Part shown: piece after piece, positions 38,440 through 48,435 of the stretch
Numbering within the stretch: the stretch's first letter is position 1
Layout of the letters: each line of letters begins with the position of its first letter
Virus record (IMG/VR): IMGVR_UViG_3300020577_003313
Reading direction: 5' to 3' (one strand)
Length of the DNA stretch: 64,000 bases
DNA from: a virus
Lineage: Duplodnaviria; Caudoviricetes
The notes under the pieces: model-generated
What the model saw: the letters and a program-made list of their open reading frames with translations, nothing else
What the model was told of the DNA's origin: nothing
The model's database searches: none
Made by a program: the position numbers and the translations under genes

Positions 38440-40003
38440 TCTTCTTTACTGCAATAACTTTTTCAGTCTTTGACAAGAAGTTTCTTAGAGAGTTGATTCC
38501 AATCAACGCTTCGTTGTCGTTAGAAACAGTTCTATTCAAATAATTAATTACAAGGACCGCGCAAGTGTGTAAGAATGCACTCTTGCTAGCATATTGATTT
38601 CTAAGAGTTAGAATTTCTTCAGACCACTTTTTCAAAGTGGGATTGAACTCTTGTACAGCTTTGATAGAACTTGCTACGAAATTCTTGGCCTTAGTTCTTC
38701 GATCTTCGTTTACAACGTGCTCCGGAATTGTATTACCTAGAGCATCGTAAAAGCTGCAAATAATTACATTAACTTCGGGGTCTTTTTCTACAATCTGATT
38801 CCAGGTAGTGTTTACTACCAGGTTATCAATGTTTGGATGCTCCAATAACATGGAGATCTTGTCAATCGGATTTGTAGTGTGATACAAATCGTGCGAGAAA
38901 TTGGTATGCTTGTCATCATCTGTTAGCACAGATGTCGACCAGAAGTCAATCACATCCTTGACAATCTTGTTGATTCTAGTTACAGTATCGCTAGTAGCAG
39001 GCTTGTCAATGCCGTAAGGCAGTGACGAGGTGATTACAGTTGTCAAACTGTTAGCGATTGTTTGTGGCTTGACATTGATTTCCTTAGCACGAGCAATGTC
39101 TACTGCTCTATAGGCAATGAAAGCTCTGGCCATCTGGCCAGCTCTACGACCAGAGATATTCAGGTCTCTGACCTTGCCTTCCTTCTCTCCCTTAATCTTA
39201 GAGACTACGGAGCAGATAAGAGAACAGATAGAGTTGTGATACTGCTTATATAGATCTTCATAGATCGAAGCAGCATTCTCGATAATTCTGATGAGACGAT
39301 CGCCCTGATCGGCTAGGTAATCATTGATGATTACATTACCTTTTTCATCATAATCCTTAAGAGCGTCAAACTGGTACTTCTTTCCAGTCCAGTATCTGAT
39401 ACCGATACTGTCGAAGTTACCGACGCGCTTCATAATCTTGACTTGCTGTTCTGCATCTAGCTCATCAAATGGCTTAAAATGGATGAAGAACGTGTGACGG
39501 TCAGCTAGAGCTTCGCTCATATCGTTGGTACCGTTATCACCGAACGGATTGATACCGCTCATGATGAACTTACCACGAATGGGCTTGCCCATGCAGGTTC
39601 TATGACGAAGAACCTCTAGCACGTTTGCCTGACGATCAGACGCGCATCTGTTTAGCTCGTCTAAACCAATGAAATCCTTATCCCAGATAGTGGTCGGAGA
39701 CTGAATAAAGTCTACCCTATCTTCATTCAAAGCCTTCGGAGAAGGCCATCCAATTAGATCTTCAAAGTTCAGCTTGGAAGTATCGTAAATGTTGAAATTG
39801 AACCACTTAGAACTATCTTGTGGGTTCTTTCTCTTAGAGCTCTCTCTGAAGAGAAGAGCTGTCATATACATGATTTCAGTTTTTGCAGTTCCAGGAGGAC
39901 CGATAAATAGAATCGGCTGAGCATCCAATAGGCTGCTCAGAATGCAGGTTTCATCAGATTCGGGGATGGCAAAAATGCCCATGTCTTCAAAAATCTTGCT
40001 CAT
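38354..40003 (-). CDS. MoxR-type AAA+ ATPase
   Basis: GPPGTAKT, EDLIG, LDELNR, INP, ALADR. Confidence 0.85.
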   Translation of the reverse strand: MSKIFEDMGIFAIPESDETCILSSLLDAQPILFIGPPGTAKTEIMYMTALLFRESSKRKNPQDSSKWFNFNIYDTSKLNFEDLIGWPSPKALNEDRVDFIQSPTTIWDKDFIGLDELNRCASDRQANVLEVLRHRTCMGKPIRGKFIMSGINPFGDNGTNDMSEALADRHTFFIHFKPFDELDAEQQVKIMKRVGNFDSIGIRYWTGKKYQFDALKDYDEKGNVIINDYLADQGDRLIRIIENAASIYEDLYKQYHNSICSLICSVVSKIKGEKEGKVRDLNISGRRAGQMARAFIAYRAVDIARAKEINVKPQTIANSLTTVITSSLPYGIDKPATSDTVTRINKIVKDVIDFWSTSVLTDDDKHTNFSHDLYHTTNPIDKISMLLEHPNIDNLVVNTTWNQIVEKDPEVNVIICSFYDALGNTIPEHVVNEDRRTKAKNFVASSIKAVQEFNPTLKKWSEEILTLRNQYASKSAFLHTCAVLVINYLNRTVSNDNEALIGINSLRNFLSKTEKVIAVKKIESGQTKNENSAKDTEESASQTENSTNN

Positions 40004-40006
40004 TTC

Positions 40007-41554
40007 TTAGCCCTTAATAACTTCTTCGAGATCGTGAGTATTTTCGTAATTCTTAGAAAACCAATTTTCTTTAGTTGATTGGTCAGTTAATACTGTAACA
40101 ATGCTGTTTATGTTAGGATGTTTTCCTTGAACTGGGAAATCTCCATAACCATCTGTAACAACCATAATATCTTTGAATTCATTCTGTACTGCGTGATCTA
40201 CAACGCACTTAAATGAAGTGCCACCTGTTGTAGTAATCTTTCTTTCTATAAGATCATCAATTGTATGTCTCACTACAACAGTAGAGAAGCACCATACATG
40301 GTTAATTCTTCCGTCGATGTTACAGATCAAATCAATGATCATAGGAATATATTTATCCATACTTCCAGATACATCGAAGTAAATAGGTACCAAATTAGGC
40401 ACAAACCTATTGACTTCTTTGTAGTGCTTCCAGAGAAGAATTGGTATCCCTGCTGCAATCTTTACTATATCTGGTCTAGTAAACTTTGGCGGCATTACTG
40501 GACTTGTATTCCATTTACCTTCTCTTACAGTAGAAGAGAGAAGCATATTTGCAGCTAGGTGTCTAATGGCTACTTTCTTAAGAAAAGCAGCATTTATTGT
40601 CTTGTTCTCATAGCCTTCTGTTTCTTCAATAATTCTGGTAGCTATAGAACTACCACTTCCGCCTTCTTTCCCGGCGTAACTTCTTTCTTCATCTTCTTCT
40701 CCTTCTGCTAGCTTTCTACCATAAGTACCTTTTTCTATTTCGTTACGGATGTTTCTTCCAATTTCTTGACGGATCTTTTCAATCAGATCCTTCATTTCTT
40801 CGGGTATGTCACCGTGGTTACCGATGAACACGAACTTATTTTCAGGAGGAGCATTCTTTCTGAAATACTCTAGTAATACAGTATAGAGAGCAAAGTAATC
40901 TTTGATCTTATTGCTAAGATTGATCTTCTCGTAAAGATCTGCTGCTTCCGCGCCAATTTCTTTCTCAATCAGTTCCTTATTGGAAGGATCGAAATACAGT
41001 AGAGCATGAAGTGGTTCCTTATGGGGAGGCTCTCCCTCTTTAGTTCTGCTCTGATCTATTCTCTTATAGATGGACGCAATATGAGTCCCGGCGTTTATGC
41101 TCTTGTATAGATATCTAATAGCAGAATTGATTCTGCAATCCATAGCAAGATTAGCTGCCAGTTTCTTGATCTTGAATTCTTTATCTTCAGGATCTAGAGA
41201 CTTAATAATATTGACGTCTCCGAGAGACGAGTGAAATAGCTCGTGTACTAATAGAGCCGATAGTTCTTCATTGCTTTCTACATACTTTTCAAGAAAGCCA
41301 GGATTATAGTAGATAGTTCTACTATGATCAATGCCGATAGTGGCAATTGAATTATCTTCGACTACTTTCTTAATCAAGGTAGGCAGCACGAAGCTATGCC
41401 TACCGAGTACCTTTTCTAAATTTTTATATACGACTTTTAGATTCAGCTTGTTAATCTTCATTGAATCGACCAACGGCCTTCGCGTTGTCTTTAAGTTCGG
41501 CTTCTCTGATAAGATCTCGTAAAAACTGTTCAGTTGAGCTATACTTGTAAGCAA
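40007..41554 (-). CDS. Metallopeptidase-like (HEXXH) + VWA domain protein (DUF2201-like)
   Basis: YYNPGF, HELFH, NLAMD..IN, MIDAS DVSGSM, GGTSF, TDGY. Confidence 0.85.
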   Translation of the reverse strand: MLTSIAQLNSFYEILSEKPNLKTTRRPLVDSMKINKLNLKVVYKNLEKVLGRHSFVLPTLIKKVVEDNSIATIGIDHSRTIYYNPGFLEKYVESNEELSALLVHELFHSSLGDVNIIKSLDPEDKEFKIKKLAANLAMDCRINSAIRYLYKSINAGTHIASIYKRIDQSRTKEGEPPHKEPLHALLYFDPSNKELIEKEIGAEAADLYEKINLSNKIKDYFALYTVLLEYFRKNAPPENKFVFIGNHGDIPEEMKDLIEKIRQEIGRNIRNEIEKGTYGRKLAEGEEDEERSYAGKEGGSGSSIATRIIEETEGYENKTINAAFLKKVAIRHLAANMLLSSTVREGKWNTSPVMPPKFTRPDIVKIAAGIPILLWKHYKEVNRFVPNLVPIYFDVSGSMDKYIPMIIDLICNIDGRINHVWCFSTVVVRHTIDDLIERKITTTGGTSFKCVVDHAVQNEFKDIMVVTDGYGDFPVQGKHPNINSIVTVLTDQSTKENWFSKNYENTHDLEEVIKG

Positions 41555-41921
41555 TAATCTTATACATCATTGCCTTGAGCTCTACATAGCGCCTGATAAT
41601 CAAAGAAGTATCAGACCCAAGAGACTTAATCTCTTCATACAAATATCTGTATGAATCCTTTAGGTCAATAACTTGAACAGCGCCATAATTATTAGGATTG
41701 AAATTTTCAACCTGTCTAGTTGAATATGCTGAAACAGTAATTTGATCAATCTTAGTATTGATCTCTATATTGATTAAATCAAGTAATTGAGATCTAGTTA
41801 GAGAAGTTAGAGGAAGATTAAGAACACTGCTGGATAAACCGTCCAGCTTCTCTAAAATTCCTTTCTCTAATACCTTGACATCAATGTCTTTAATTAGTAG
41901 TAAGTTGCTTGAGTCTTGCAT
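41451..41921 (-). CDS. Hypothetical protein
   Basis: ORF packing. Confidence 0.55.
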   Translation of the reverse strand: MQDSSNLLLIKDIDVKVLEKGILEKLDGLSSSVLNLPLTSLTRSQLLDLINIEINTKIDQITVSAYSTRQVENFNPNNYGAVQVIDLKDSYRYLYEEIKSLGSDTSLIIRRYVELKAMMYKIIAYKYSSTEQFLRDLIREAELKDNAKAVGRFNED

Positions 41922-43119
41922 ATTCGTCTGCCTTATTTTTTACTTCAATGAATCTTTCTAGATAATCTTGTTTGATCAGATCCTTCTTATCAGGATCTCG
42001 TTCAAAATTTAGCTGTCTAATAATGTAGCTAGGATGATACATCATATAAACAGAGTAATCGCCAGTTACCGGTAACCATCCTAATGCGTTACCGATAGGT
42101 CCTTTTAGGAATCTACCAAAGAATGCTTTATAGGCTACAGCTCCTAAGAGAACAATAACCTTAGGCTTAAGAATAGCTAGCTCAGTCTTTAGCCTAGAGC
42201 TACAGAGAGAAAGATGATCGTCGCCAGGCTTACCGTTCTTACTGGGATTATCATCTTCTGCTGGAGGCCAGCACCAAACGGAGTTTGTGATGTAGCAGTC
42301 AGTATCTTGATTGAGGCCCGCCCTGTTCATGACTCTGAAAAGAGTCTCTCCAGCGGGCGCAGAAGGATTAAAAGGAATCCCTGTGTCTCTCTCAGTAGTG
42401 CCAGGAGCTTCTCCGATGATGAATACCTTAGGGTTAACCTTGTTACCTCTACCGAAGGTAACATTGCATCCGAGCTTTATTCTAGTATCAGAGAGGCTGC
42501 AACGCTTACAGTTCTTATACTCTTTTTCTAGAGTAGCTATTGACTGCTTAGATTTGTCCTCAGCAACAATAGGCTCTGGAGTTTGAATAGTATATGTATC
42601 TTCTAGCTGATTAGTAATCCTGCATATCCTCTTGGAGACTTTCCCAAGGACTGGCAAATTTTTGATAACTTCCCAGTCTGTGTCTGGTCTTTCAAGGATG
42701 GAGGACAATTCTGGAATTGTCCAATTGACGCCCTTGTATGCTTCAAAAACCTTGATTACATCCTGTAAAGCAATAGGCTTTCCGCTCACTGGCTTTGCAT
42801 TTGGAACAACAGTAGTTGCTTCTTCTGAAACAGTTTCCATGTTTACCTTAGTAATTCGGCGCCTAGATTGAAAAATATGATCAACTGGAACTACTACCGG
42901 TTGCTGAATGAATGGAGAGTCAAATGTATACCATACATTGACCTTAATAATAGCTCCCGGAGCTCTCTTTTTAGGAGAGTAGAGAAGACCTTCAACTATG
43001 TATTTAGTTTTTGGATCTAAAAAGCTAACTGGAATGCCGTAACCAGACCATTTTGCTTTTTCCTGAAAAAGAAAATCATAATAAAGTTCAAGAGGAGCTT
43101 CGACTTTTGCTTTTGCCAT
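41890..43119 (-). CDS. Family 4 uracil-DNA glycosylase with ~190-aa N-terminal extension
   Basis: CKRCSL, IGEAPG, ITNSVWC, LLGAVA, YHPSY. Confidence 0.85.
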   Translation of the reverse strand: MAKAKVEAPLELYYDFLFQEKAKWSGYGIPVSFLDPKTKYIVEGLLYSPKKRAPGAIIKVNVWYTFDSPFIQQPVVVPVDHIFQSRRRITKVNMETVSEEATTVVPNAKPVSGKPIALQDVIKVFEAYKGVNWTIPELSSILERPDTDWEVIKNLPVLGKVSKRICRITNQLEDTYTIQTPEPIVAEDKSKQSIATLEKEYKNCKRCSLSDTRIKLGCNVTFGRGNKVNPKVFIIGEAPGTTERDTGIPFNPSAPAGETLFRVMNRAGLNQDTDCYITNSVWCWPPAEDDNPSKNGKPGDDHLSLCSSRLKTELAILKPKVIVLLGAVAYKAFFGRFLKGPIGNALGWLPVTGDYSVYMMYHPSYIIRQLNFERDPDKKDLIKQDYLERFIEVKNKADEYARLKQLTTN

Positions 43120-43121
43120 TA

Positions 43122-44447
43122 TTAACCATCAGCTACTGCTATAGCTTCTGCAATTGCATCCCAATTACCATATAATTTGGAAACCATAGCTTGTTCTTTA
43201 CTTACTTCTCTACCATATGCAGTATACTCTACCTTAGAGTCAGGTAATAATTCACCTGGATTGTTTGTACCGGTGAGGACTGATTCCCAAAAACTTGTAG
43301 CCACTGTATGATACCTATATCCTATAGGATCGTAGCTTGATACTTGGTTAATTGCTTTTATATATTCATTTTTATCTAGAACGGCCCAATCTCCCTTATC
43401 ACCGAGGAAGAATTGCCCGTCATATGCAATTTCCCAGCTCAATGGAAGGATAGTGCGATTGCCACCAGATCTTGGACAGTCACTATTGGCTGTATGATCT
43501 GTGAAGATAAGCGGCATTCCAAATCTTGCTGCCTCTCTTAAGGGCAGATTATATCCTTCTGCTTTTGAAAAGCAGACATATGCGTGAGTATGATACATAT
43601 CTCTGTATACTACTTCACGTGAAGGAGTAGGCGGCATTAGAACAATATTCTTTTCTCCTTTGGAGAAAATCTTAATTGATGGATCTACAGAAGATACTGA
43701 ACTAGCCCAATTAGCTGCAATAAGTTTGCTATAAGGCATTGGTACTTTCTGAAATGGATTATACCAGTAAGCTATTAGTGTAACTTTGCCTTCGCAATTT
43801 TCAATAATTTCAATAGCTTCGTCAGTTCCTTTTCTTGCTTCATACTTTCCAATATTGCAGATAATTCTGTGATCTGTGAGACTTAAGCCAATTCTTGCTT
43901 TCCAGTAAAACTTGGTGTGAATTGATTTTTTCTTTAGCTCAAAGAATTTAGGCCAGAAATAAGTTGCGTGCTCAATAACTTTATTGTTTACTCTGATTGG
44001 ATTTTTTGTTTGAAGGTGAACAGATGAGTCATTACAAAAAACGCTATGGTTAAACTTACAACAAGCTATATACTTAATAGGTTGTGTCACATAATGTGAT
44101 AAATCTACTAAAGATTTCTTCTCTCTCTCTGAGAGAAGAGTTTCAAAAGTAGACATAAGCAGTATCTGTTTAGTGTCTTTGTATGGGCCTACTTGCTCGT
44201 TGATATGAGAGATATGCCAAAATATTAACGTGGATGCTTCATTATTAATAGGTCTGGCAAGAGTCTTTTTTAGATTTTCCTTATAGAATCCGGTGAAGAT
44301 CTCAGATCCATCATCATGGATTCCTCCAATTGGTCTGAAGATTACTTCATACTCTTGGCTATACTCTAGAGCATTAAGATAACCAATGACCGCATGACCG
44401 TACCCTGTGTTGTTGTACGGTCCTACTAGATTTATCTGCTTTTTCAT
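43122..44447 (-). CDS. GT4 glycosyltransferase
   Basis: TGYG, GKYEARKG, EGYNLPLREA. Confidence 0.8.
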   Translation of the reverse strand: MKKQINLVGPYNNTGYGHAVIGYLNALEYSQEYEVIFRPIGGIHDDGSEIFTGFYKENLKKTLARPINNEASTLIFWHISHINEQVGPYKDTKQILLMSTFETLLSEREKKSLVDLSHYVTQPIKYIACCKFNHSVFCNDSSVHLQTKNPIRVNNKVIEHATYFWPKFFELKKKSIHTKFYWKARIGLSLTDHRIICNIGKYEARKGTDEAIEIIENCEGKVTLIAYWYNPFQKVPMPYSKLIAANWASSVSSVDPSIKIFSKGEKNIVLMPPTPSREVVYRDMYHTHAYVCFSKAEGYNLPLREAARFGMPLIFTDHTANSDCPRSGGNRTILPLSWEIAYDGQFFLGDKGDWAVLDKNEYIKAINQVSSYDPIGYRYHTVATSFWESVLTGTNNPGELLPDSKVEYTAYGREVSKEQAMVSKLYGNWDAIAEAIAVADG

Positions 44448-44452
44448 TGTTC

Positions 44453-44698
44453 TTATGAGTTAATACTTTCTACTACTTCTTTAGTAGCTTTAGCTACTAC
44501 CATACTTTCTTTAGAGATTCTTACAAACCAATGGTTATCTTCTTTGCCAGCTTCATAAAGATACCAGACCACTCCGTCTCTTTTTATTCCTTTCAGGAAC
44601 TTTACTTTATTGGCAGATTTATCCAATTCTGTTACTTGGCTAGTTACCTTATCTGTGATAAATTTTATCTCTGGTAACTGTTCGTTATTGTTTGTCAT
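44453..44698 (-). CDS. Hypothetical protein
   Basis: ORF packing. Confidence 0.55.
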   Translation of the reverse strand: MTNNNEQLPEIKFITDKVTSQVTELDKSANKVKFLKGIKRDGVVWYLYEAGKEDNHWFVRISKESMVVAKATKEVVESINS

Positions 44699-45321
44699 AT
44701 GATCTTAAATACTTCTTTTGTCCAGTTCTCAAAATTTAGACCACTTGTTTTAAGTGATTCTAAGCTCATCATAGAGCCAGAAATCTTTTCTGTTTCTTTA
44801 GGAGTTACGGAGCTATAAGGAGTATCATACAAAAATACCACTCCAAGATGCACTTGTCCGACTGCATTACTATCATCATAGATGATAGCTCCGTCTACTT
44901 TAGACAGATGTTTTACGTCACTTAATCCTGGTCCAATCTTAACTTCTTCGTTAAGTTCTCGCATGCATCCATGCAATACAGCAGACCAGTGATCCATACC
45001 TTCTATGGAGTCTCTGCTTTGTTCTATATGACCGCCGATACCTACTGAATACTTACTGTGTAATCTTGCTTCTGTACCAGCTTTAAGTCTCTTGTAAGCA
45101 AAGACTTCTGGATAGCTTTTCTTGTCTTTATCAATGGTAGGAGCGTTGTTAATAATAACAACGTAAGGTATAATCTGAAGGAAATTTGGATTCTCTTCAG
45201 CATTAGATCTTACTAGATACTTACCATGATGATTGATAATAGACTCAATGCTACTGCCCTTCTTTATGGAAGATAGCTCTTCCTTCGGAATAACGAGAAC
45301 ACATTCTTGTAATTTGTCCAT
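44695..45321 (-). CDS. NUDIX-family phosphoesterase
   Basis: QIIPY, SVGIGGH, RELNEE, VHLG. Confidence 0.85.
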   Translation of the reverse strand: MDKLQECVLVIPKEELSSIKKGSSIESIINHHGKYLVRSNAEENPNFLQIIPYVVIINNAPTIDKDKKSYPEVFAYKRLKAGTEARLHSKYSVGIGGHIEQSRDSIEGMDHWSAVLHGCMRELNEEVKIGPGLSDVKHLSKVDGAIIYDDSNAVGQVHLGVVFLYDTPYSSVTPKETEKISGSMMSLESLKTSGLNFENWTKEVFKII

Positions 45322-45715
45322 CTAATATTTCTCCTATGCTATTGATTTCTTTTTGTTTTATTCTGGAGAACAGAGATTGTTTCTTTTCTTCATCATAGAA
45401 GTCACTGATTTTATCAGTCTCGTCTGATTTGTATAGTTTGTGCTCAATAAATAACTGGAGCACATTACCTACATCATTTAGGGTATCTATTTTATGCTCT
45501 GAGAGCACAAGATCCCAGAGAAAACCAAAGTTAAAAAGTATTAGCTTTGGTATATCTTCTATGATTTCTGAAGAAGTTAACTTCTTTTTCTCTGTTCTTA
45601 CACAAATTGTGTAGACAATACTATCTACTAACGCGAATGACTTGTAGTTATACTTAAGACCTAAATTTTCACAATGAGTTACCAGAGCTTGATAGTCTTC
45701 AACAACATTGCTCAT
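45251..45715 (-). CDS. Minf_1886-like (PVC-conserved) protein
   Basis: FG.L...V....I.T..DVG..L...I.......E.D.ISDF pattern. Confidence 0.55.
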   Translation of the reverse strand: MSNVVEDYQALVTHCENLGLKYNYKSFALVDSIVYTICVRTEKKKLTSSEIIEDIPKLILFNFGFLWDLVLSEHKIDTLNDVGNVLQLFIEHKLYKSDETDKISDFYDEEKKQSLFSRIKQKEINSIGEILDGQITRMCSRYSEGRAIFHKEGQ

Positions 45716-46134
45716 TTAGCTACTGCGTTTAGTTCTTTAATTATCATCTGGGCATAGCCCGGATCTAGCATGCCGTGTAGAATTCCGTAGGTATGTCTAT
45801 CCTTCCAGAGAAGACTGGCCCATTCTTCTGGTACATAGGTAAATCCATTATCTTCTGGTAGGATATCGAACTGTCTTTGCAAGATAGTATGTAGTCTGTG
45901 CTTTAAAGGATAGACCACGCTCTTGTCACTATCAGGTGTAGGATTGTAGTTAATGGCTACAGCCACAAGTAGCTTGCCAGTAAATTTACATATAGCTACA
46001 GTTCGATCTCCGTAGCCCTGAAGCTTTGTATTACTTTGTCTATATATTTGACCGTAATCATCGACGCCAACCATCTTGATGTAGTCTTTGTATAGAATGA
46101 CGTCGCCTAAAATCTTATCGTTAAACTTCTTCAT
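45712..46134 (-). CDS. Hypothetical protein
   Basis: ORF packing. Confidence 0.55.
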   Translation of the reverse strand: MKKFNDKILGDVILYKDYIKMVGVDDYGQIYRQSNTKLQGYGDRTVAICKFTGKLLVAVAINYNPTPDSDKSVVYPLKHRLHTILQRQFDILPEDNGFTYVPEEWASLLWKDRHTYGILHGMLDPGYAQMIIKELNAVAK

Positions 46135-46135
46135 C

Positions 46136-46822
46136 TTAGATGTTCCAGCTGTTTTTTTCTAGTGCGCTAATGGCCAAAGGTGCTATATTTTTACTTTTAA
46201 CTTGGTCCATCATGAGTTGAGCTATTAGCTGTATCTCTTTCTGAGCATTAGGCTTTGATCTAAGTCTGTAATAATTACAGAATGATCTTAAGTTTATGGT
46301 AGTGACTCTTTCAGTCATGTTGTGCTGAGGTAACATTCCTCTATAGAACTCTCTAAGACGTTTATATTCATCATTAGTAATGAGTCCTTTATCTTTGAGA
46401 TCCTTAAATGAAGTTATACTATCTTGGTACGCTTCATTAGCTAGCTCACAAATCTCAGAATATACTGCACCAGTTTTGTCGAAGGCACCTTTTGATAGTA
46501 TATTTCTAACATCTTCTGGGATAGAAAGATATTCGGAAGGCATAGTTCTATACCTCCCAGACATCCCAGAATGGGACGCAATTCTATGCGTCATGTGCTG
46601 TCTATCAATTGCTACAGGCAATCTTATCCAGAATCTAAATACTACCGATTCGAATGGTGTAGAATGCTTCTCATGCGCGAGAAGCTCTATAACCCGTTTA
46701 ACGTCGTCATCGGTTCTGCTAATTTTTTTGATTAAATCAGCAGAGCTAGTCCATGCTGCATCGGCTATAGCTCTGTCGCTTCCCATCCATTCTTGCAGCT
46801 CTACTTTTATTTGATCAGTCAT
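46136..46822 (-). CDS. thyX: FAD-dependent thymidylate synthase
   Basis: HSTPFE, RQHMTHRIASHSGMSGRY, NLRS, AQKEI. Confidence 0.9.
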   Translation of the reverse strand: MTDQIKVELQEWMGSDRAIADAAWTSSADLIKKISRTDDDVKRVIELLAHEKHSTPFESVVFRFWIRLPVAIDRQHMTHRIASHSGMSGRYRTMPSEYLSIPEDVRNILSKGAFDKTGAVYSEICELANEAYQDSITSFKDLKDKGLITNDEYKRLREFYRGMLPQHNMTERVTTINLRSFCNYYRLRSKPNAQKEIQLIAQLMMDQVKSKNIAPLAISALEKNSWNI

Positions 46823-47187
46823 GTCTTATTTTTATCTGAGTAGAACACTTTAGAGATACCAGCTTTCTTAAGAAGTTCCATGCAGTATTTACATGGCTTA
46901 GAAATGTTCTGCCGTTCTCTGAATATGTACATTACGAGACCCTTGGTCTTAATCCCAAGTTTCTCGCAAGCCCAGAGGGCGTTGCCCTCGGCGTGCAGCA
47001 TTTTATAGGGACCAGAACCCCATCTTGGATGGGTAGAGTGCCTATTGTAGCCTGTGGCTACGATCCTGCCTTTTCTATCACAGACCAGCGCGCCAAATCG
47101 GAATGCCTCGTCACTTCTCTCTGCGAGCTTTACGGCGATCCCGTTTGGGTCTACTGTTTCCCAATTTTTTATCGGTATCAGTTCCAT
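46819..47187 (-). CDS. Cytidine/dCMP deaminase-family protein
   Basis: GYN, HAE, PCKYC. Confidence 0.8.
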   Translation of the reverse strand: MELIPIKNWETVDPNGIAVKLAERSDEAFRFGALVCDRKGRIVATGYNRHSTHPRWGSGPYKMLHAEGNALWACEKLGIKTKGLVMYIFRERQNISKPCKYCMELLKKAGISKVFYSDKNKT

Positions 47188-47335
47188 CTGGATATCTAAT
47201 GACGCCTTTCTTGTCAGTATAGAAGCACTCAGAGCAGATATAATTCTTGTTATACAGCTTCATTGACCTGGGATTCCCACAGGCCGCGCATCTCTTGTCT
47301 AGGCAGTCTAATTTATTTATTGTAACCTGGTCCAT
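47111..47335 (-). CDS. Small Zn-finger protein
   Basis: CAAC...CSEC. Confidence 0.55.
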   Translation of the reverse strand: MDQVTINKLDCLDKRCAACGNPRSMKLYNKNYICSECFYTDKKGVIRYPDGTDTDKKLGNSRPKRDRRKARREK

Positions 47336-47336
47336 A

Positions 47337-47358
47337 GTACACCTTTATATAGGTGTAC
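47337..47358. promoter_or_regulatory. Inverted repeat in the divergent intergenic region
   Basis: GTACACCT-TTATAT-AGGTGTAC; covers the likely RBS of the 47335 gene. Confidence 0.5.
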
Positions 47359-47407
47359 GCTAATAAAAATACTCGCAAAAACAATAGATCTCTATTATGT
47401 CCAGACC

Positions 47408-47986
47408 ATGATCCTAGAAGAACTCACCAAGAACGAATTTCCAAGTTTACTTGAAGCAGTAATATTCGTTCTCACTTCTGTAGCTGTATCTGTAATAGTT
47501 TCTCTCAGAGAGAGAAAACTGAAAAAAATGACGGATACAGTCAATACTCAGCTAAACAATAATGGCGGGTCTTCTTTGATAGATAAGTTAGACCTAATCG
47601 TCAAAAAAATTGACGATCTCGCCACCTCTGTAAGTAAGCTTGAGGTTTGGAAGACTGCATGGATGCAGCTATATGAGCATCCTATATTCATCACCAATAC
47701 AAAAGGGTTCTGTACTTGGGTGAATAACGAATATCAAAAAATTACTGGATGTACTTTTGCTGAGTTAGAAGGAGCTAACTGGTCAAAGATAATACATCCA
47801 GAAGATAGAGATCAAGTTACCAAAGAATGGCAAACCTGTGTAGACACAGGTACCCTCTTTGATAAGAAGTATAGAATAATAAACCAGCAGACTCTCACAG
47901 TTCATAATGTGAGATGCAAGTGCAAACCTCTAACCAGGGGGCTAGAGGTTGTCGGGTTTATAGGTATCTGGGAAGTCCAGACCTAA
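47408..47986 (+). CDS. Membrane-anchored PAS-domain protein
   Basis: N-terminal TM, NGGSSL.D linker, PAS (G.CTWVN...ITG...G.NW..IIHPEDR). Confidence 0.8.
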   Translation: MILEELTKNEFPSLLEAVIFVLTSVAVSVIVSLRERKLKKMTDTVNTQLNNNGGSSLIDKLDLIVKKIDDLATSVSKLEVWKTAWMQLYEHPIFITNTKGFCTWVNNEYQKITGCTFAELEGANWSKIIHPEDRDQVTKEWQTCVDTGTLFDKKYRIINQQTLTVHNVRCKCKPLTRGLEVVGFIGIWEVQT

Positions 47987-47988
47987 TC

Positions 47989-48435
47989 TCACTCGTAGAA
48001 GTTGCCCAACTTAAAGGCAGTGAGAATTGCCTCTAGCATATCCTTCTGAGTCACTTCAGACTGGCCAAAGACCATAATCTCGTAGGCAATCTCTCCATTC
48101 TTTGGATGGAAGTAGCACTTAATAGTCAGCGGAACTGACTTTGTACCACCATCCGGGAGCTTGACTACGGAGATATAATTAGAAGTGGTTCTGATGTGGT
48201 AAGCACCAGAGTGGGCGATACATTCTCCGTGAATGTACTTTCTAAAGTCAGCTTTACTTCTACCAGAGTCTCGTCTAAACTGATCGAGAGTAGAGCAGAC
48301 AGCCTTAGTGACTAGGAAGCAACGCTCGTCGGTCTGCTCAATTCGCAATGTCATTCTATTGCCGGTGAGCTTAGAGTTGATTCCATTGTAGTGAATACTG
48401 TGACAGTATTGAACGGGAAGCAGAGTCGTGTTCAT
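47989..48435 (-). CDS. Hypothetical protein
   Basis: ORF packing. Confidence 0.55.
   Translation of the reverse strand: MNTTLLPVQYCHSIHYNGINSKLTGNRMTLRIEQTDERCFLVTKAVCSTLDQFRRDSGRSKADFRKYIHGECIAHSGAYHIRTTSNYISVVKLPDGGTKSVPLTIKCYFHPKNGEIAYEIMVFGQSEVTQKDMLEAILTAFKLGNFYE

Noticed and set aside
46136-46822. ThyX THR variant of the RHR motif as a base-modifying enzyme
   Set aside because: The catalytic Ser/Arg pattern is retained; a single substitution is not enough evidence of new chemistry.
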